Notes under the pieces: model-generated
The model's input: the letters and a program-made list of their open reading frames with translations, nothing else
What the model was told of the DNA's origin: nothing
Databases searched by the model: none
In this document: in pieces, positions 11,595 through 20,805 of the stretch
Layout: each line of letters starts with the position of its first letter
How positions within the stretch are numbered: position 1 is the stretch's first letter
Assembly: GCF_001458695.1 (NCBI RefSeq)
Contig: NZ_LN885086.1
Span: 1,980,001-2,012,000 of the forward strand
DNA from: Candidatus Nitrospira inopinata
GTDB lineage: Bacteria > Nitrospirota > Nitrospiria > Nitrospirales > Nitrospiraceae
Direction of reading: 5' to 3'
DNA: 32,000 bases
Program-made: the position numbers and the translations under genes

Positions 11595-12158
11595 ATGCTG
11601 CTGGTCATCGACAACTACGATTCGTTTACCTACAACCTGGTGCAGTACCTCGGCGAGTTGGGCCAAGACGTCGTCGTCTATCGCAACGATGAGATCACGC
11701 TCGCTCGTATTGAAGACCTGCATCCCTCCCGCATCGTCGTTTCTCCCGGCCCCTGCACTCCCAAGGAGGCCGGCATTTCCGTCGAGGCGATCCGCACGTT
11801 CGCGGGAAAAATTCCGATTCTCGGCGTCTGCTTGGGGCATCAATCGCTGGCCGCCGCCTTCGGAGGAACCATCATACGCGCTCCGCGCTTGATGCACGGC
11901 AAGACCTCGATGATCCGGCACGACGGCCGAACGATTTATCAAGAGTTGCCCAATCCGTTTGAAGCGACTCGGTACCATTCGTTGATCGTCGATCGATTGA
12001 CGCTTCCCGGCTGTTTCGAGATTTCCGCGGAGACCGACGAGGGAGAGATCATGGGCATTCGCCACAAAACATCGGGTGCCGAAGGGGTGCAGTTTCACCC
12101 CGAGTCGATTCTGACGACCGCCGGGAAAGCTTTGCTGAGGAACTTCCTAAAACTGTGA
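11595..12158 (+). CDS. trpG: Anthranilate synthase component II (glutamine amidotransferase)
   Basis: [19 protein letters not shown]. Catalytic Cys context GVCLGHQ. His/Glu context VQFHPES. Confidence 0.95.
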   Translation: MLLVIDNYDSFTYNLVQYLGELGQDVVVYRNDEITLARIEDLHPSRIVVSPGPCTPKEAGISVEAIRTFAGKIPILGVCLGHQSLAAAFGGTIIRAPRLMHGKTSMIRHDGRTIYQELPNPFEATRYHSLIVDRLTLPGCFEISAETDEGEIMGIRHKTSGAEGVQFHPESILTTAGKALLRNFLKL

Positions 12159-12180
12159 CCATCCCCGCAAATTGATCGGC

Positions 12181-13203
12181 ATGATCAGAGACGCCATCGC
12201 CAAATTGGCCGACCGAAACAACCTGTCCGCGCAGGAAACGGAAGCGGTCATGGCTGAAATCATGGACGGGTCCGCGACTCCCGCGCAGATCGCCGCCTAC
12301 CTCATGGGACTCAGGCAAAAGGGAGAAACGGTGGAGGAAATCGTCGGCTCGGTGAGGGCCATGCGTTCCCGCTCCGTTCGGATCAGGGTCGGCGCCAAGA
12401 TCGTCGTCGATACCTGCGGCACGGGAGGGGACGGCGCTCAGACCTTCAATATCTCGACCGCCGCCGCGTTGGTGGCGGCCGGAGCGGGGATCACCGTGGC
12501 CAAGCACGGCAACCGGTCGGTGTCGTCCAAGTGCGGCAGCGCCGACGTGTTGACCGAGCTGGGTGTCAAGATCGATTTGGAGCCGAATCACGTGGCCGAC
12601 TGTATCGACGAAGTGGGGGTGGGATTTCTGTTCGCGCCGCTTTACCACGAAGCGATGAAGCACTGCGCCGGGCCGAGACGCGACCTGGGAATCAGGACGA
12701 TCTTAAACCTGCTGGGCCCGTTGGCGAATCCGGCCGGCGCCACCCATCAGGTGTTGGGCGTCTATGACGCAAAATGGACCGACGTCCTTGGGCGCGTCTT
12801 GCTGGACCTTGGCACCCAACATTGTCTGGTTATCCATGGAATGGACGGGTTGGACGAGATGACGTTGGCGGATCGGACGAAAGTGTCCGAAGGCAGGGCC
12901 GGCGTGGTGTCGAGCAGCTTTATCGCTCCGGAAGAGTTCGGCCTGCGGCGCGTGCAGCGAAGGGAATTTGCTGGGGGGGCGCCGGCCGACAACGCCCGTA
13001 TTCTGCGGGACATTTTGCGAGGTTGTAAAGGACCGCCCAGGGAGATCGTCTGTCTGAACGCGGCGGCGGCCATGGTGGTCGGGGGCAAGGCGAAAACGTT
13101 GCAGGACGGCTTTCGACTGGCGCAACAGACGATCGACTCGGGCGCCGCCGCGGAAAAGTTGGAGCGGCTGATTTCGTTTACGAACAAAGTCGGACGATCG
13201 TGA
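12181..13203 (+). CDS. trpD: Anthranilate phosphoribosyltransferase
   Basis: Motifs DTCGTGGDG, KHGNRSVSSKCGSADVLE, LGPLANP. ATG 12181 preferred; an in-frame TTG at 12172 is the track start. Confidence 0.95.
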   Translation: MIRDAIAKLADRNNLSAQETEAVMAEIMDGSATPAQIAAYLMGLRQKGETVEEIVGSVRAMRSRSVRIRVGAKIVVDTCGTGGDGAQTFNISTAAALVAAGAGITVAKHGNRSVSSKCGSADVLTELGVKIDLEPNHVADCIDEVGVGFLFAPLYHEAMKHCAGPRRDLGIRTILNLLGPLANPAGATHQVLGVYDAKWTDVLGRVLLDLGTQHCLVIHGMDGLDEMTLADRTKVSEGRAGVVSSSFIAPEEFGLRRVQRREFAGGAPADNARILRDILRGCKGPPREIVCLNAAAAMVVGGKAKTLQDGFRLAQQTIDSGAAAEKLERLISFTNKVGRS

Positions 13204-14027
13204 TTCTTGATCGCATCCTGGAACACAAAAAGGCCGAACTGCGGCACAAGCAGAGCCGGTCGTATCTGGCCGAGCTCAAAGCGATGATCCGGGACGCTCC
13301 GGCTCCGTTGGGATTTGCCGTGGCGCTCGATGCGACGAGAACCAGGCAAAGCCCCGCCTTGATCGCCGAGGTCAAAAAGGCGTCGCCCAGCCTGGGGTTG
13401 TTGCGGGAGGAGTTCGCCGACCGGTTCGACCACGTGGCCATCGCGAAGGCCTATTTCGACCATGGAGCGTCGGCGGTCTCGGTGTTGACGGACAAAGATT
13501 TCTTTCAAGGCGATCTCCGCTATCTTCAGGACATCAAGAAGGCCGTGCCGCTCCCCGCGCTCAACAAGGAATTCATGGTCGGCGACGTTCAGTTCTACGA
13601 GGCGCGGGCCCATGGGGCCGACGCGGTGCTCCTGATCGTCGCGGCGCTGGAGCGCCGGCAGTTGGTCGACTATCACGCCCTGGCCTCCGGACTTGGCATG
13701 GACGCGCTGTTTGAGACTCATCATGAGCGGGAACTGGATCTGGTGCTGGAATGGGTGCCGGACGCGAGATTGATCGGCATCAACAATCGCGACCTCAAGA
13801 CCTTCACGACCGATCTGGACGTGACCTTCCGCCTGACCAAGCGAATCCCCTCAGACAAACTCATCGTCAGCGAAAGCGGGATTCATTCACGCCGGGACGT
13901 TCTGCGGTTGGTCGAAGCCGGCGTGCACGCCATGTTGGTCGGCGAGTCGCTCATCCGGGCGAAACGGACCGGTGAGAAGGTGCGCGAGCTGCTCGGTGTT
14001 TCGACCGACGATTCACAGTCGGCGTGA
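13200..14027 (+). CDS. trpC: Indole-3-glycerol-phosphate synthase
   Basis: GTG start overlaps the trpD stop (GTGA). Motifs ILDRILEHKKAEL, IAEVKKASPS, GINNRDL, SESGI. Confidence 0.95.
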   Translation: MILDRILEHKKAELRHKQSRSYLAELKAMIRDAPAPLGFAVALDATRTRQSPALIAEVKKASPSLGLLREEFADRFDHVAIAKAYFDHGASAVSVLTDKDFFQGDLRYLQDIKKAVPLPALNKEFMVGDVQFYEARAHGADAVLLIVAALERRQLVDYHALASGLGMDALFETHHERELDLVLEWVPDARLIGINNRDLKTFTTDLDVTFRLTKRIPSDKLIVSESGIHSRRDVLRLVEAGVHAMLVGESLIRAKRTGEKVRELLGVSTDDSQSA

Positions 14028-14051
14028 GCGACGGGGAACGGGGATCGATTC

Positions 14052-14678
14052 ATGGTGAAGGTCAAGATTTGCGGAATCACCGACGGTGAAGACGCGCGGG
14101 TGGCGGTGGAGGCCGGAGTCGACGCGCTGGGTTTCGTGATGTATCGACAAAGCCCTCGATACGTGAGGCCGGAGGCGGCACGGGCCATTGTCGCCTCGCT
14201 GCCGCCGTTCGTCGTGCCGATCGGCGTGTTCGTCAACGAGGAGGCCGACCTTGTCAGGAAACTGATGGACGACTGCGGATTCGCCCTGGCCCAACTGCAC
14301 GGAGACGAGACCGCGTCCTACTGCGAGGCGCTTGGTCGTCCGGCCGTCAAAGCCGTTCGGTTGAAGGACCGGAGTTCGCTGCTGGCGGTGGCGGAATTCC
14401 ACGGACGAGCAGGGGTGCGTGGGTTCGTCATCGACGCGTTTTCCGATCAGGCCTATGGCGGGACCGGTCGGACCGTCGATTGGACTTTGGCTGCTGAAAT
14501 CGCCCGTACGGCGCCGATTCTCTTGGCGGGCGGACTGACGCCGGACAACGTGACCGACGCCGTTCGATCGGTACGGCCCTATGGGGTCGACGTCAGCAGC
14601 GGCGTGGAATTGCGGCCGGGGAAGAAAGACCCGGCCAAGGTGAAATCGTTCATCGACGCAGTGAAGCTTGTGCCGTAA
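14052..14678 (+). CDS. trpF: Phosphoribosylanthranilate isomerase
   Basis: MVKVKICGIT...DALGFV...QLHGDE...GGTG...LAGGL pattern. Confidence 0.9.
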   Translation: MVKVKICGITDGEDARVAVEAGVDALGFVMYRQSPRYVRPEAARAIVASLPPFVVPIGVFVNEEADLVRKLMDDCGFALAQLHGDETASYCEALGRPAVKAVRLKDRSSLLAVAEFHGRAGVRGFVIDAFSDQAYGGTGRTVDWTLAAEIARTAPILLAGGLTPDNVTDAVRSVRPYGVDVSSGVELRPGKKDPAKVKSFIDAVKLVP

Positions 14679-14763
14679 TGTCCCATGGCTCTATACTGCG
14701 CCGGTTGATCGCGGCCGACGGGTCGCGTGCTATCGCCTATATTGACAAACAATGGAGAGGTCG

Positions 14764-15960
14764 ATGACAGCCTCGTTGCCGGACCGCCATGGCCGGTTCG
14801 GGCCCTATGGGGGCCGTTACGTGCCCGAAACCTTGATGCCGGCGCTGCTCGAACTGGAAGCTCAGTACGCGAAGGCCAAAAAAGACCGGCGGTTTCAAAC
14901 GGAGCTTGCCCATTATCTCAAACACTATGTCGGGCGACCCACGAGCCTGTACCGAGCCGATCGATTGACCGCCAAGTTGGGCGGGGCCAGGATCTACCTC
15001 AAACGCGAGGACCTGTGCCATACGGGGGCGCACAAGATCAACAACGCCATCGGCCAGGCGCTGCTCGCCCTGCGGATGAACAAACCGCGTGTCATCGCCG
15101 AAACGGGGGCGGGCCAGCACGGGGTGGCGACCGCGACGGCTGCCGCGATGTTCGGGCTCCAGTGCGAGATTTACATGGGCACGGAGGACATGCAGCGGCA
15201 GGCGCTCAACGTCTTCCGCATGCGGCTGCTGGGGGCGACCGTGACGGGTGTGGATACGGGCAGCCGCACGTTGAAGGACGCCATCAGCGAAGCGATGCGC
15301 GATTGGACCACGAACGTGCGGACGACCCACTATGTGCTCGGCTCGGTGCTCGGCGCTCATCCCTATCCCATGATGATCCGAGATTTTCAGTCCGTGATCG
15401 GCCGCGAGGCGCGCAAACAAATTCTGGCGGCGGAAGGCAAATTGCCCGATTACCTTGTGGCCTGCGTGGGAGGAGGAAGCAATTCCATCGGTCTTTTCCA
15501 TCCCTTTCTAGGAGATAAGAAGGTCAAGATGATCGGGGTGGAGGCGGGGGGAGTCGGCATCGTGAGCGGCAAACACGCGGCGCGCTTCGCAGGCGGGAAA
15601 CCGGGAGTGTTGCAGGGCACGATGACCTATCTGCTCCAGGACGACGATGGACAGATCAACCTGACCCATTCCGTCTCGGCCGGCTTGGACTACGCCGCCG
15701 TCGGACCGGAGCACAGTTTCTACCATGACCAAGGGCGCATCGAGTACGCCTATGCGACGGATGAGGAGGCGCTGGAAGCCTTCGACTTGCTCACGCGCGA
15801 AGAAGGCATCATGCCCGCGCTGGAAAGCGCCCATGCCGTGGCGCACGTCGTCAAGCTGGCGCCGAAGATGAAAAAATCCCAAATCGTTCTCGTGAATCTC
15901 TCGGGCCGCGGGGACAAAGATGTGCAGCAGATCGCCCGCATGCGCGGCGTGGCGCTTTGA
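14764..15960 (+). CDS. trpB: Tryptophan synthase beta chain
   Basis: ATG 14764 lies 4 nt after GGAGAGG; the track start at 14752 sits inside the SD. Motifs [18 protein letters not shown]-Lys context [14 protein letters not shown]. Confidence 0.95.
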   Translation: MTASLPDRHGRFGPYGGRYVPETLMPALLELEAQYAKAKKDRRFQTELAHYLKHYVGRPTSLYRADRLTAKLGGARIYLKREDLCHTGAHKINNAIGQALLALRMNKPRVIAETGAGQHGVATATAAAMFGLQCEIYMGTEDMQRQALNVFRMRLLGATVTGVDTGSRTLKDAISEAMRDWTTNVRTTHYVLGSVLGAHPYPMMIRDFQSVIGREARKQILAAEGKLPDYLVACVGGGSNSIGLFHPFLGDKKVKMIGVEAGGVGIVSGKHAARFAGGKPGVLQGTMTYLLQDDDGQINLTHSVSAGLDYAAVGPEHSFYHDQGRIEYAYATDEEALEAFDLLTREEGIMPALESAHAVAHVVKLAPKMKKSQIVLVNLSGRGDKDVQQIARMRGVAL

Positions 15961-15978
15961 AAAGCAGGAAGGTGATTC

Positions 15979-16863
15979 GTGATCGGCTCTTCGCATCGGC
16001 AATCCAAGAGGGTGAGAACCTCCTCCCGTCCCAAGCTCCCTCCTTCTCACGGGCGACCTGATTCACATCGACTTGATGCGACGTTTCGACGGTTGAAAGA
16101 CGAAAAGAAGAAGGCGCTGATCGTATACCTTATGGCCGGTGATCCGAGCCTTGAAGCAACGGAGAAGCTGGTATTGGCACTGGAGCAGGCCGGCGCCGAC
16201 GTCATCGAGCTGGGCGTCCCGTTTTCGGATCCCATCGCCGACGGACCGGTCATTCAGCGGGCGGCCCAACGGGCGCTCGGCAACGGCACGTCCCTGCGAT
16301 CGATTCTCGACATGGTCAAGTCTCTTCGGCAGCGCACGACCATCCCGATCGTGTTGATGCTGTATTACAACTCCATTTGCGCCATGGGCTATCAGGCCTT
16401 CTGCCAGGCGGCCAAAGACGCCGGTGTCGACGGGGTGATCGTGCCGGACATGCCCCCGGATGAAGCGGAGCCGCTCAAGGGGCCGGCCGAGGAGGCTGGA
16501 TTGCGGCTGATTTTCCTGCTGGCCCCCACCAGCACCAAGGACCGGCGAACGTTCGTCGCACGGCAGTCTCACGGATTCGTCTATTATGTGTCACTCACGG
16601 GAATTACCGGATCGAAACTCACCGATGTGGCCGATGTCGCTCAGAACGTCGAAAAAATCAGAAAGGTGGCGAGCGCGCCGATCGCCGTCGGATTCGGCGT
16701 GGCCACGCCGGAAGATGCCGCCCGCCTGTCGCGATTCGCCGACGGCGTGATCGTCGGCTCGGCGGTCGTGCGGCGGATCGAGGAATGCCGCCAGGCCCCC
16801 GGCATGGTCGAGCAGGTGGCGGAGTTCGTCAAATCTCTCAAAACGGCGATGACACAGAGATAG
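15979..16863 (+). CDS. trpA: Tryptophan synthase alpha chain, with an unusual ~30-aa basic N-terminal extension
   Basis: GTG 15979 lies 5 nt after AGGAAGGTG. Core motifs ALIVYLMAGDP, ELGVPFSDPIADGP, YYVSLTGITG. There is no canonical start codon in frame near the usual TrpA N-terminus (..HRLDATFRRLK). Confidence 0.9.
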   Translation: MIGSSHRQSKRVRTSSRPKLPPSHGRPDSHRLDATFRRLKDEKKKALIVYLMAGDPSLEATEKLVLALEQAGADVIELGVPFSDPIADGPVIQRAAQRALGNGTSLRSILDMVKSLRQRTTIPIVLMLYYNSICAMGYQAFCQAAKDAGVDGVIVPDMPPDEAEPLKGPAEEAGLRLIFLLAPTSTKDRRTFVARQSHGFVYYVSLTGITGSKLTDVADVAQNVEKIRKVASAPIAVGFGVATPEDAARLSRFADGVIVGSAVVRRIEECRQAPGMVEQVAEFVKSLKTAMTQR

Positions 16864-17080
16864 CCTCTCACACGGATCGTTTTCTTGGGATCCGTCCAGC
16901 AGGTCGTATCCAGCGGACTCCATATAACTTAGAACGTGTCGCACCGGCTGAATGAGGCGCGCAGCCGGTTCATTGTCCGGGGATCTGACGTTCTCCGCTG
17001 TCAAGGTTTCTTGTGCTCGTTGGAGTGGCGGTGTAAGATGGCGCCGCTGAAAATGCGTGCCGAGTGTAGTCGGTGAGGCC

Positions 17081-17500
17081 ATGAAAACGACTCTCCACAC
17101 CATTCGTCCTGAGCAGCGAGAGGATATGTTGGCGCAGATCCGTCTTGCATTGGAGCGGGTATCAGGACTGCGTTTTGCCTATGTGTATGGGTCGGTGCTT
17201 GAGTCCGACAGGGTTCATGATGTGGACGTCGGGATTTTTCTTGATGACACGACGTGCGCACGGCAGATGAATACGGTTGATGCTCTCTCAGTCACGCTCA
17301 CCGCCGCTGTGGGTGTGCCGGTTGATGTTCGGGTGCTCAATGAGGCGCCGCTGTCGTTCCTCTATCATGTATTGCGAGGGCGGCTCGTCCTGTGCCGTGA
17401 CGAGACCTTCTTGACCGATTTGTTGGAGGAGGTCCCCCGCCGCTACCTTGATCTTGCCCCCTTTCTCCGCAGCAGCACGAAGGATGCCTTCGCCGCATGA
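17081..17500 (+). CDS. mntA: MntA-type minimal nucleotidyltransferase antitoxin (type VII TA)
   Basis: Nucleotidyltransferase G-S and DxD motifs (AYVYGSVLE...HDVDVGIFL). Its stop overlaps the downstream HEPN gene start (ATGA). Start uncertain: ATG 17081 or GTG 17057. Confidence 0.75.
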   Translation: MKTTLHTIRPEQREDMLAQIRLALERVSGLRFAYVYGSVLESDRVHDVDVGIFLDDTTCARQMNTVDALSVTLTAAVGVPVDVRVLNEAPLSFLYHVLRGRLVLCRDETFLTDLLEEVPRRYLDLAPFLRSSTKDAFAA

Positions 17501-17916
17501 GCCTGAATCCGGACCTCATCCGAGCACGTTGCGCTGAAATCGACCTCTCGTTGAGCCGGCTTGAAGAGATCGGCCGTCTGTCTCGCGAAACGTTCCTCGC
17601 CGACCGAGACACGCTTGATGTGGCCTGTTATCGATTGCTCATCGCCATCGAGGCCGCACTGGCCCTGTGCTTTCATGTGTCGGCGAAACGACTGCATCAA
17701 GCCCCGGAAGAATATGCGGGCTGTTTCAGTGCGTTAGAACACGCGGGGCTCATTCCTTCGGATCTTTCCGGCCGTCTGCAGCAGATGGCGCGTTTCCGTA
17801 ACCTGCTGGTCCACGTGTATTGGACGATCGACTACGGGCGGGTCTATGACGTGCTCACGACCCGGCTCGGCGATTTGCGGGCGTTTCGTGCGGCCATGGC
17901 CGGTTTGATCGAATGA
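17497..17916 (+). CDS. hepT: HepT-type HEPN (DUF86) RNase toxin
   Basis: R-x4-H HEPN motif (RFRNLLVH) near the C-terminus. ~139 aa. Paired with the upstream MNT gene. Confidence 0.8.
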   Translation: MSLNPDLIRARCAEIDLSLSRLEEIGRLSRETFLADRDTLDVACYRLLIAIEAALALCFHVSAKRLHQAPEEYAGCFSALEHAGLIPSDLSGRLQQMARFRNLLVHVYWTIDYGRVYDVLTTRLGDLRAFRAAMAGLIE

Positions 17917-17928
17917 CGCGGAAGGCTC

Positions 17929-17950
17929 CCGCCCGCACAGGGCGGTTGTG
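17929..17950 (+). terminator. Weak terminator-like hairpin after hepT
   Basis: CCGCCC (17929-17934), loop GCACA, GGGCGG (17940-17945), followed by TTGTG. The T-run is poor. Confidence 0.3.
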
Positions 17951-18077
17951 TAGATCTGTAGAAAATGGGCGCGTAAGCTCCCCGTCAATCAGGGCATCCG
18001 AATGAATCATTAACAGAGAGGGGTCGATCGGATGTGTTTTTTCTAACAAGATCGGTCCTTGTAGATCGAGGGAGGTC

Positions 18078-18749
18078 ATGAAGATGAACAAGCGTCTGGT
18101 CGTGTGCGCAGGGCTTGCAATCGCAATGATGGCCACGGCTCCACAGGCTCACGCCGTTGTCGTCTCTTGGACCGATTGGATTTCTTCTCCCAACGGGTTT
18201 TCCGCATCAGGAACTCTTCTTGTCGGCTCCACGCCAGTGAATGTCGCATACTCCGGAACCGGCGCACATCGTTTTGTGCAGACTGGGACAGGAAGAAATT
18301 TTTGGACGGGGACAGCCTACACACAGGGCACGATCGAAAATCCGCCGACGCCTTCAGAATTGGTTGGTCTGTTTCGAGGCGGGACAGTCACGATAAACTT
18401 TTCACAGACCGTCCAGGATCCCTTTATTGCGTTAGCCAGTTGGAATGGGAATAGAGCTGAGTTTGGTGTGCCAATTGAATTCGATAGTGTTGGGCGTGGG
18501 TATTGGGGAACTGGAACGCCTGTGCTCAATTCGACGGGGACGGGCTTTTTCGGTCGCGGTGAGCTTCATGGAGTAATTCGCCTGCCAGGAGCTTATGATT
18601 CCATTACATTTACACACACCACTGAAAATTGGCATGGATTTACAGTGGGAGTCGCCGGCTTGGCCAAGCCAATTCCGATACCGGCAGCCGTGTGGCTGTT
18701 TGGTTTGGGCGTTATCGGGTTAATTGGAATGGGGACAACAAGAAAGTAA
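18078..18749 (+). CDS. Secreted protein of unknown function with a PEP-CTERM-type (VPLPA-like) C-terminal sorting signal
   Basis: SD GGGAGG lies 2 nt before the ATG. Signal peptide ..LAIAMMATAPQAHA. ~170-aa Gly/Thr-rich beta-type domain not recognised. C-terminus IPIPAAVWLFGLGVIGLIGMGTTRK (Pro-containing motif, TM helix, basic tail). The gene is visibly AT-richer than its neighbours. Confidence 0.75.
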   Translation: MKMNKRLVVCAGLAIAMMATAPQAHAVVVSWTDWISSPNGFSASGTLLVGSTPVNVAYSGTGAHRFVQTGTGRNFWTGTAYTQGTIENPPTPSELVGLFRGGTVTINFSQTVQDPFIALASWNGNRAEFGVPIEFDSVGRGYWGTGTPVLNSTGTGFFGRGELHGVIRLPGAYDSITFTHTTENWHGFTVGVAGLAKPIPIPAAVWLFGLGVIGLIGMGTTRK

Positions 18750-18971
18750 ATGGCCTAAAAGCAAGGACCGGCGAGACACACAAAGGACGCAGTCAGACCG
18801 AGCCCGCCGTATACCCATCTATTCCAGCGAGAGGTCATCGCCCCAGGAAGGGACGGGGAAGCTGCACGTTCAAGGATCCGGACCACGGCTTCCGAGAACA
18901 TCGGAATCATCAACGGATGACAGGAACCGCTTTCGATTTTGGGAAACGCGGAGCGCGTCTCGTTGAGGCGC

Positions 18972-19598
18972 TTACTGTCTTGGTTGGGGCGGCATGTGGG
19001 AAATCATCTCAACCGCCAGGTCCTTGGCGATGTCTTTGAGATTCGGACGAAAAAACATGTAGCTTTTTGACCGTTCGTGGCGCGCTTTCCAGACCGTGGC
19101 GCCGTTGGTGGCATCCACCAGACGCAAACTCAGTCCCACCCGACCCACGTTGTCGCCTTCCTTGCGAATGTATTCCCAGGAGTTGACCCGCACGACCAGG
19201 AACGAGTCCACGTTGAGCGCCTTGCCGAGCGCGATGGCTGATTCCTTGTCGGATTGGCCGGTCATTTCCAGGCGGGAAAAATAAAACACCAACGAATCGA
19301 ACGCGTCTTTCGATCCTTGAAACACGTCGGTCACGCTTTCCGGGGACACGACCCGTTCGATGTGGCCCGCCTTTCTCAAAGCGAAGGCCAGGACTTCTTG
19401 AATGTCCTCCCGCGCGCCGTCGTATTGGCTCGACATCGGCGGCAGGACAGCGATGGCCTGGGGGCGGAACACCTTGGCGCCGGGGCCTTCCCACATTTCC
19501 TGGAGCCCTCCGCATCCGGCCATGAGGAGCAGAATCGAAAAGATGGCTCCCAATCTCATCCGCATCAGGCTCATGTTCATGACGTTGGCGGTCTTCAT
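18972..19598 (-). CDS. Outer-membrane-type lipoprotein, DUF799 / LpoB / TolB-N-like pattern
   Basis: Lipobox LLLMAGC. Pattern AIAVLPP...(amphipathic helix)...SFLVVRVNSW...LSLRLVDATNGATVW recalls DUF799/LpoB-like lipoproteins. Start ambiguous: ATG at 19598 and later ATGs, or TTG 19622 overlapping the upstream stop. Confidence 0.7.
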   Translation of the reverse strand: MKTANVMNMSLMRMRLGAIFSILLLMAGCGGLQEMWEGPGAKVFRPQAIAVLPPMSSQYDGAREDIQEVLAFALRKAGHIERVVSPESVTDVFQGSKDAFDSLVFYFSRLEMTGQSDKESAIALGKALNVDSFLVVRVNSWEYIRKEGDNVGRVGLSLRLVDATNGATVWKARHERSKSYMFFRPNLKDIAKDLAVEMISHMPPQPRQ

Positions 19599-19618
19599 AG
19601 CGTTGTCAGTATAGCACG

Positions 19619-20749
19619 TCAAAACGTCGCGGAGATGGAGGCGGACACGAGCGCGCCTTGTTCGCGGAAGTCATAACCGCCCGCCGCGTCGGCGCGCAAG
19701 AAGAAAAATCGAAGGCCCAATCCCGCCGTCGGAATGAATGGTCTGTCGGCGTCTTCCAAGTTCTTGAACGTCCCGATCCGTAGCGAGAGAAATTCCGTCA
19801 GAAACGTCTGTTCCGCTCCCAAGCTTAGAATCCGGCTTTTGACGTGGGGTAACAGCGTCTTGTTGGCCGTGAGGTCAATGTCCGCCGTCAGTGTCAAGGT
19901 GGACCAGGGATTCAGCGCCACGCCGCCACGGACCTGGGGATCAAGTTTTATCTCGCCCCCTCCGGCGTCGTCGAAGGTCGGCGAATTGATGTCCTTGGCC
20001 ACGATGCCGAACCGAATCCATGAAACGGGTTTGTACAGGGCGCCCAAATCGATGCCGTAGGTCGTCGAGATGGTGGGCTCGCCGAAGCGATTGCTGATCG
20101 TGACGCCGTTGCCCCCTTGGAGGTCAACGAAGCCTGAGTAGGAAGCACCCTGAATGACTTTCGCCGTGATGCCGACGGCAAACGTTTTGTCCGAAAAGGC
20201 GTAGCCGTAGGAGAAGGCCAGTTGCCTGGATTCAAGCCCGCGCAGGGCCATGCGGCCCCTGAGGGTCACCGGGTCCACGGGCTGGCTGATGTAGCCGCCG
20301 CCGGTCGCGACGTCCGAGACATTGACGCCGAACGCGTGCCGGCCCAGATGACCCTTGAGATACAAACCGGCCGATCCGGCGATCGATAACGTCGAGCCCG
20401 GTTGATTGAGCCGCGCGGCGATGTCCCGCGCCCGTGCCGCCGAACCGGGATCGCCGGGAGAAAAATCCTCCAAATCCCGGATGGCGTCGCCGAATCCTTT
20501 CCGGTCGATGGCGAGGCCGAAGCCTTGGGCACGAAGGTCGAGGGTCTGGGTCATGGCCAAGCCGGCCGGGTTCCAATAGGTGGCGAGGGCGTCTGTCGTT
20601 ACCGCCACGCCGGCGCCGCCCATGCCGGTCGCCCGCGGCCCGACGAAAACGAACTCCGCCGCCCAGACTTCCGTCGCCGGTCCCGCCACCGAGATGGAAA
20701 ACAACAGGGCGGCGAGGGAGCCGAGGGGTCCGATGACGGCCCGCCTCAT
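19619..20749 (-). CDS. Outer-membrane beta-barrel protein (TraF_2 / FadL-like type)
   Basis: Signal peptide (MRRAVIGPLGSLAALLFSISVAGPATEVWA). N-terminal motif PRATGMGGAGVAVTTDALATYWNPAGLA. Alternating beta-strand pattern throughout. C-terminal ..SASISATF (terminal Phe beta-signal). The track ORF extends to 20791. Confidence 0.75.
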   Translation of the reverse strand: MRRAVIGPLGSLAALLFSISVAGPATEVWAAEFVFVGPRATGMGGAGVAVTTDALATYWNPAGLAMTQTLDLRAQGFGLAIDRKGFGDAIRDLEDFSPGDPGSAARARDIAARLNQPGSTLSIAGSAGLYLKGHLGRHAFGVNVSDVATGGGYISQPVDPVTLRGRMALRGLESRQLAFSYGYAFSDKTFAVGITAKVIQGASYSGFVDLQGGNGVTISNRFGEPTISTTYGIDLGALYKPVSWIRFGIVAKDINSPTFDDAGGGEIKLDPQVRGGVALNPWSTLTLTADIDLTANKTLLPHVKSRILSLGAEQTFLTEFLSLRIGTFKNLEDADRPFIPTAGLGLRFFFLRADAAGGYDFREQGALVSASISATF

Positions 20750-20805
20750 GGAATCGCTCGATGCCGCCCTGCCGAAGATTCGCCCCGTCATGGTGGCTCC
20801 GCCAG

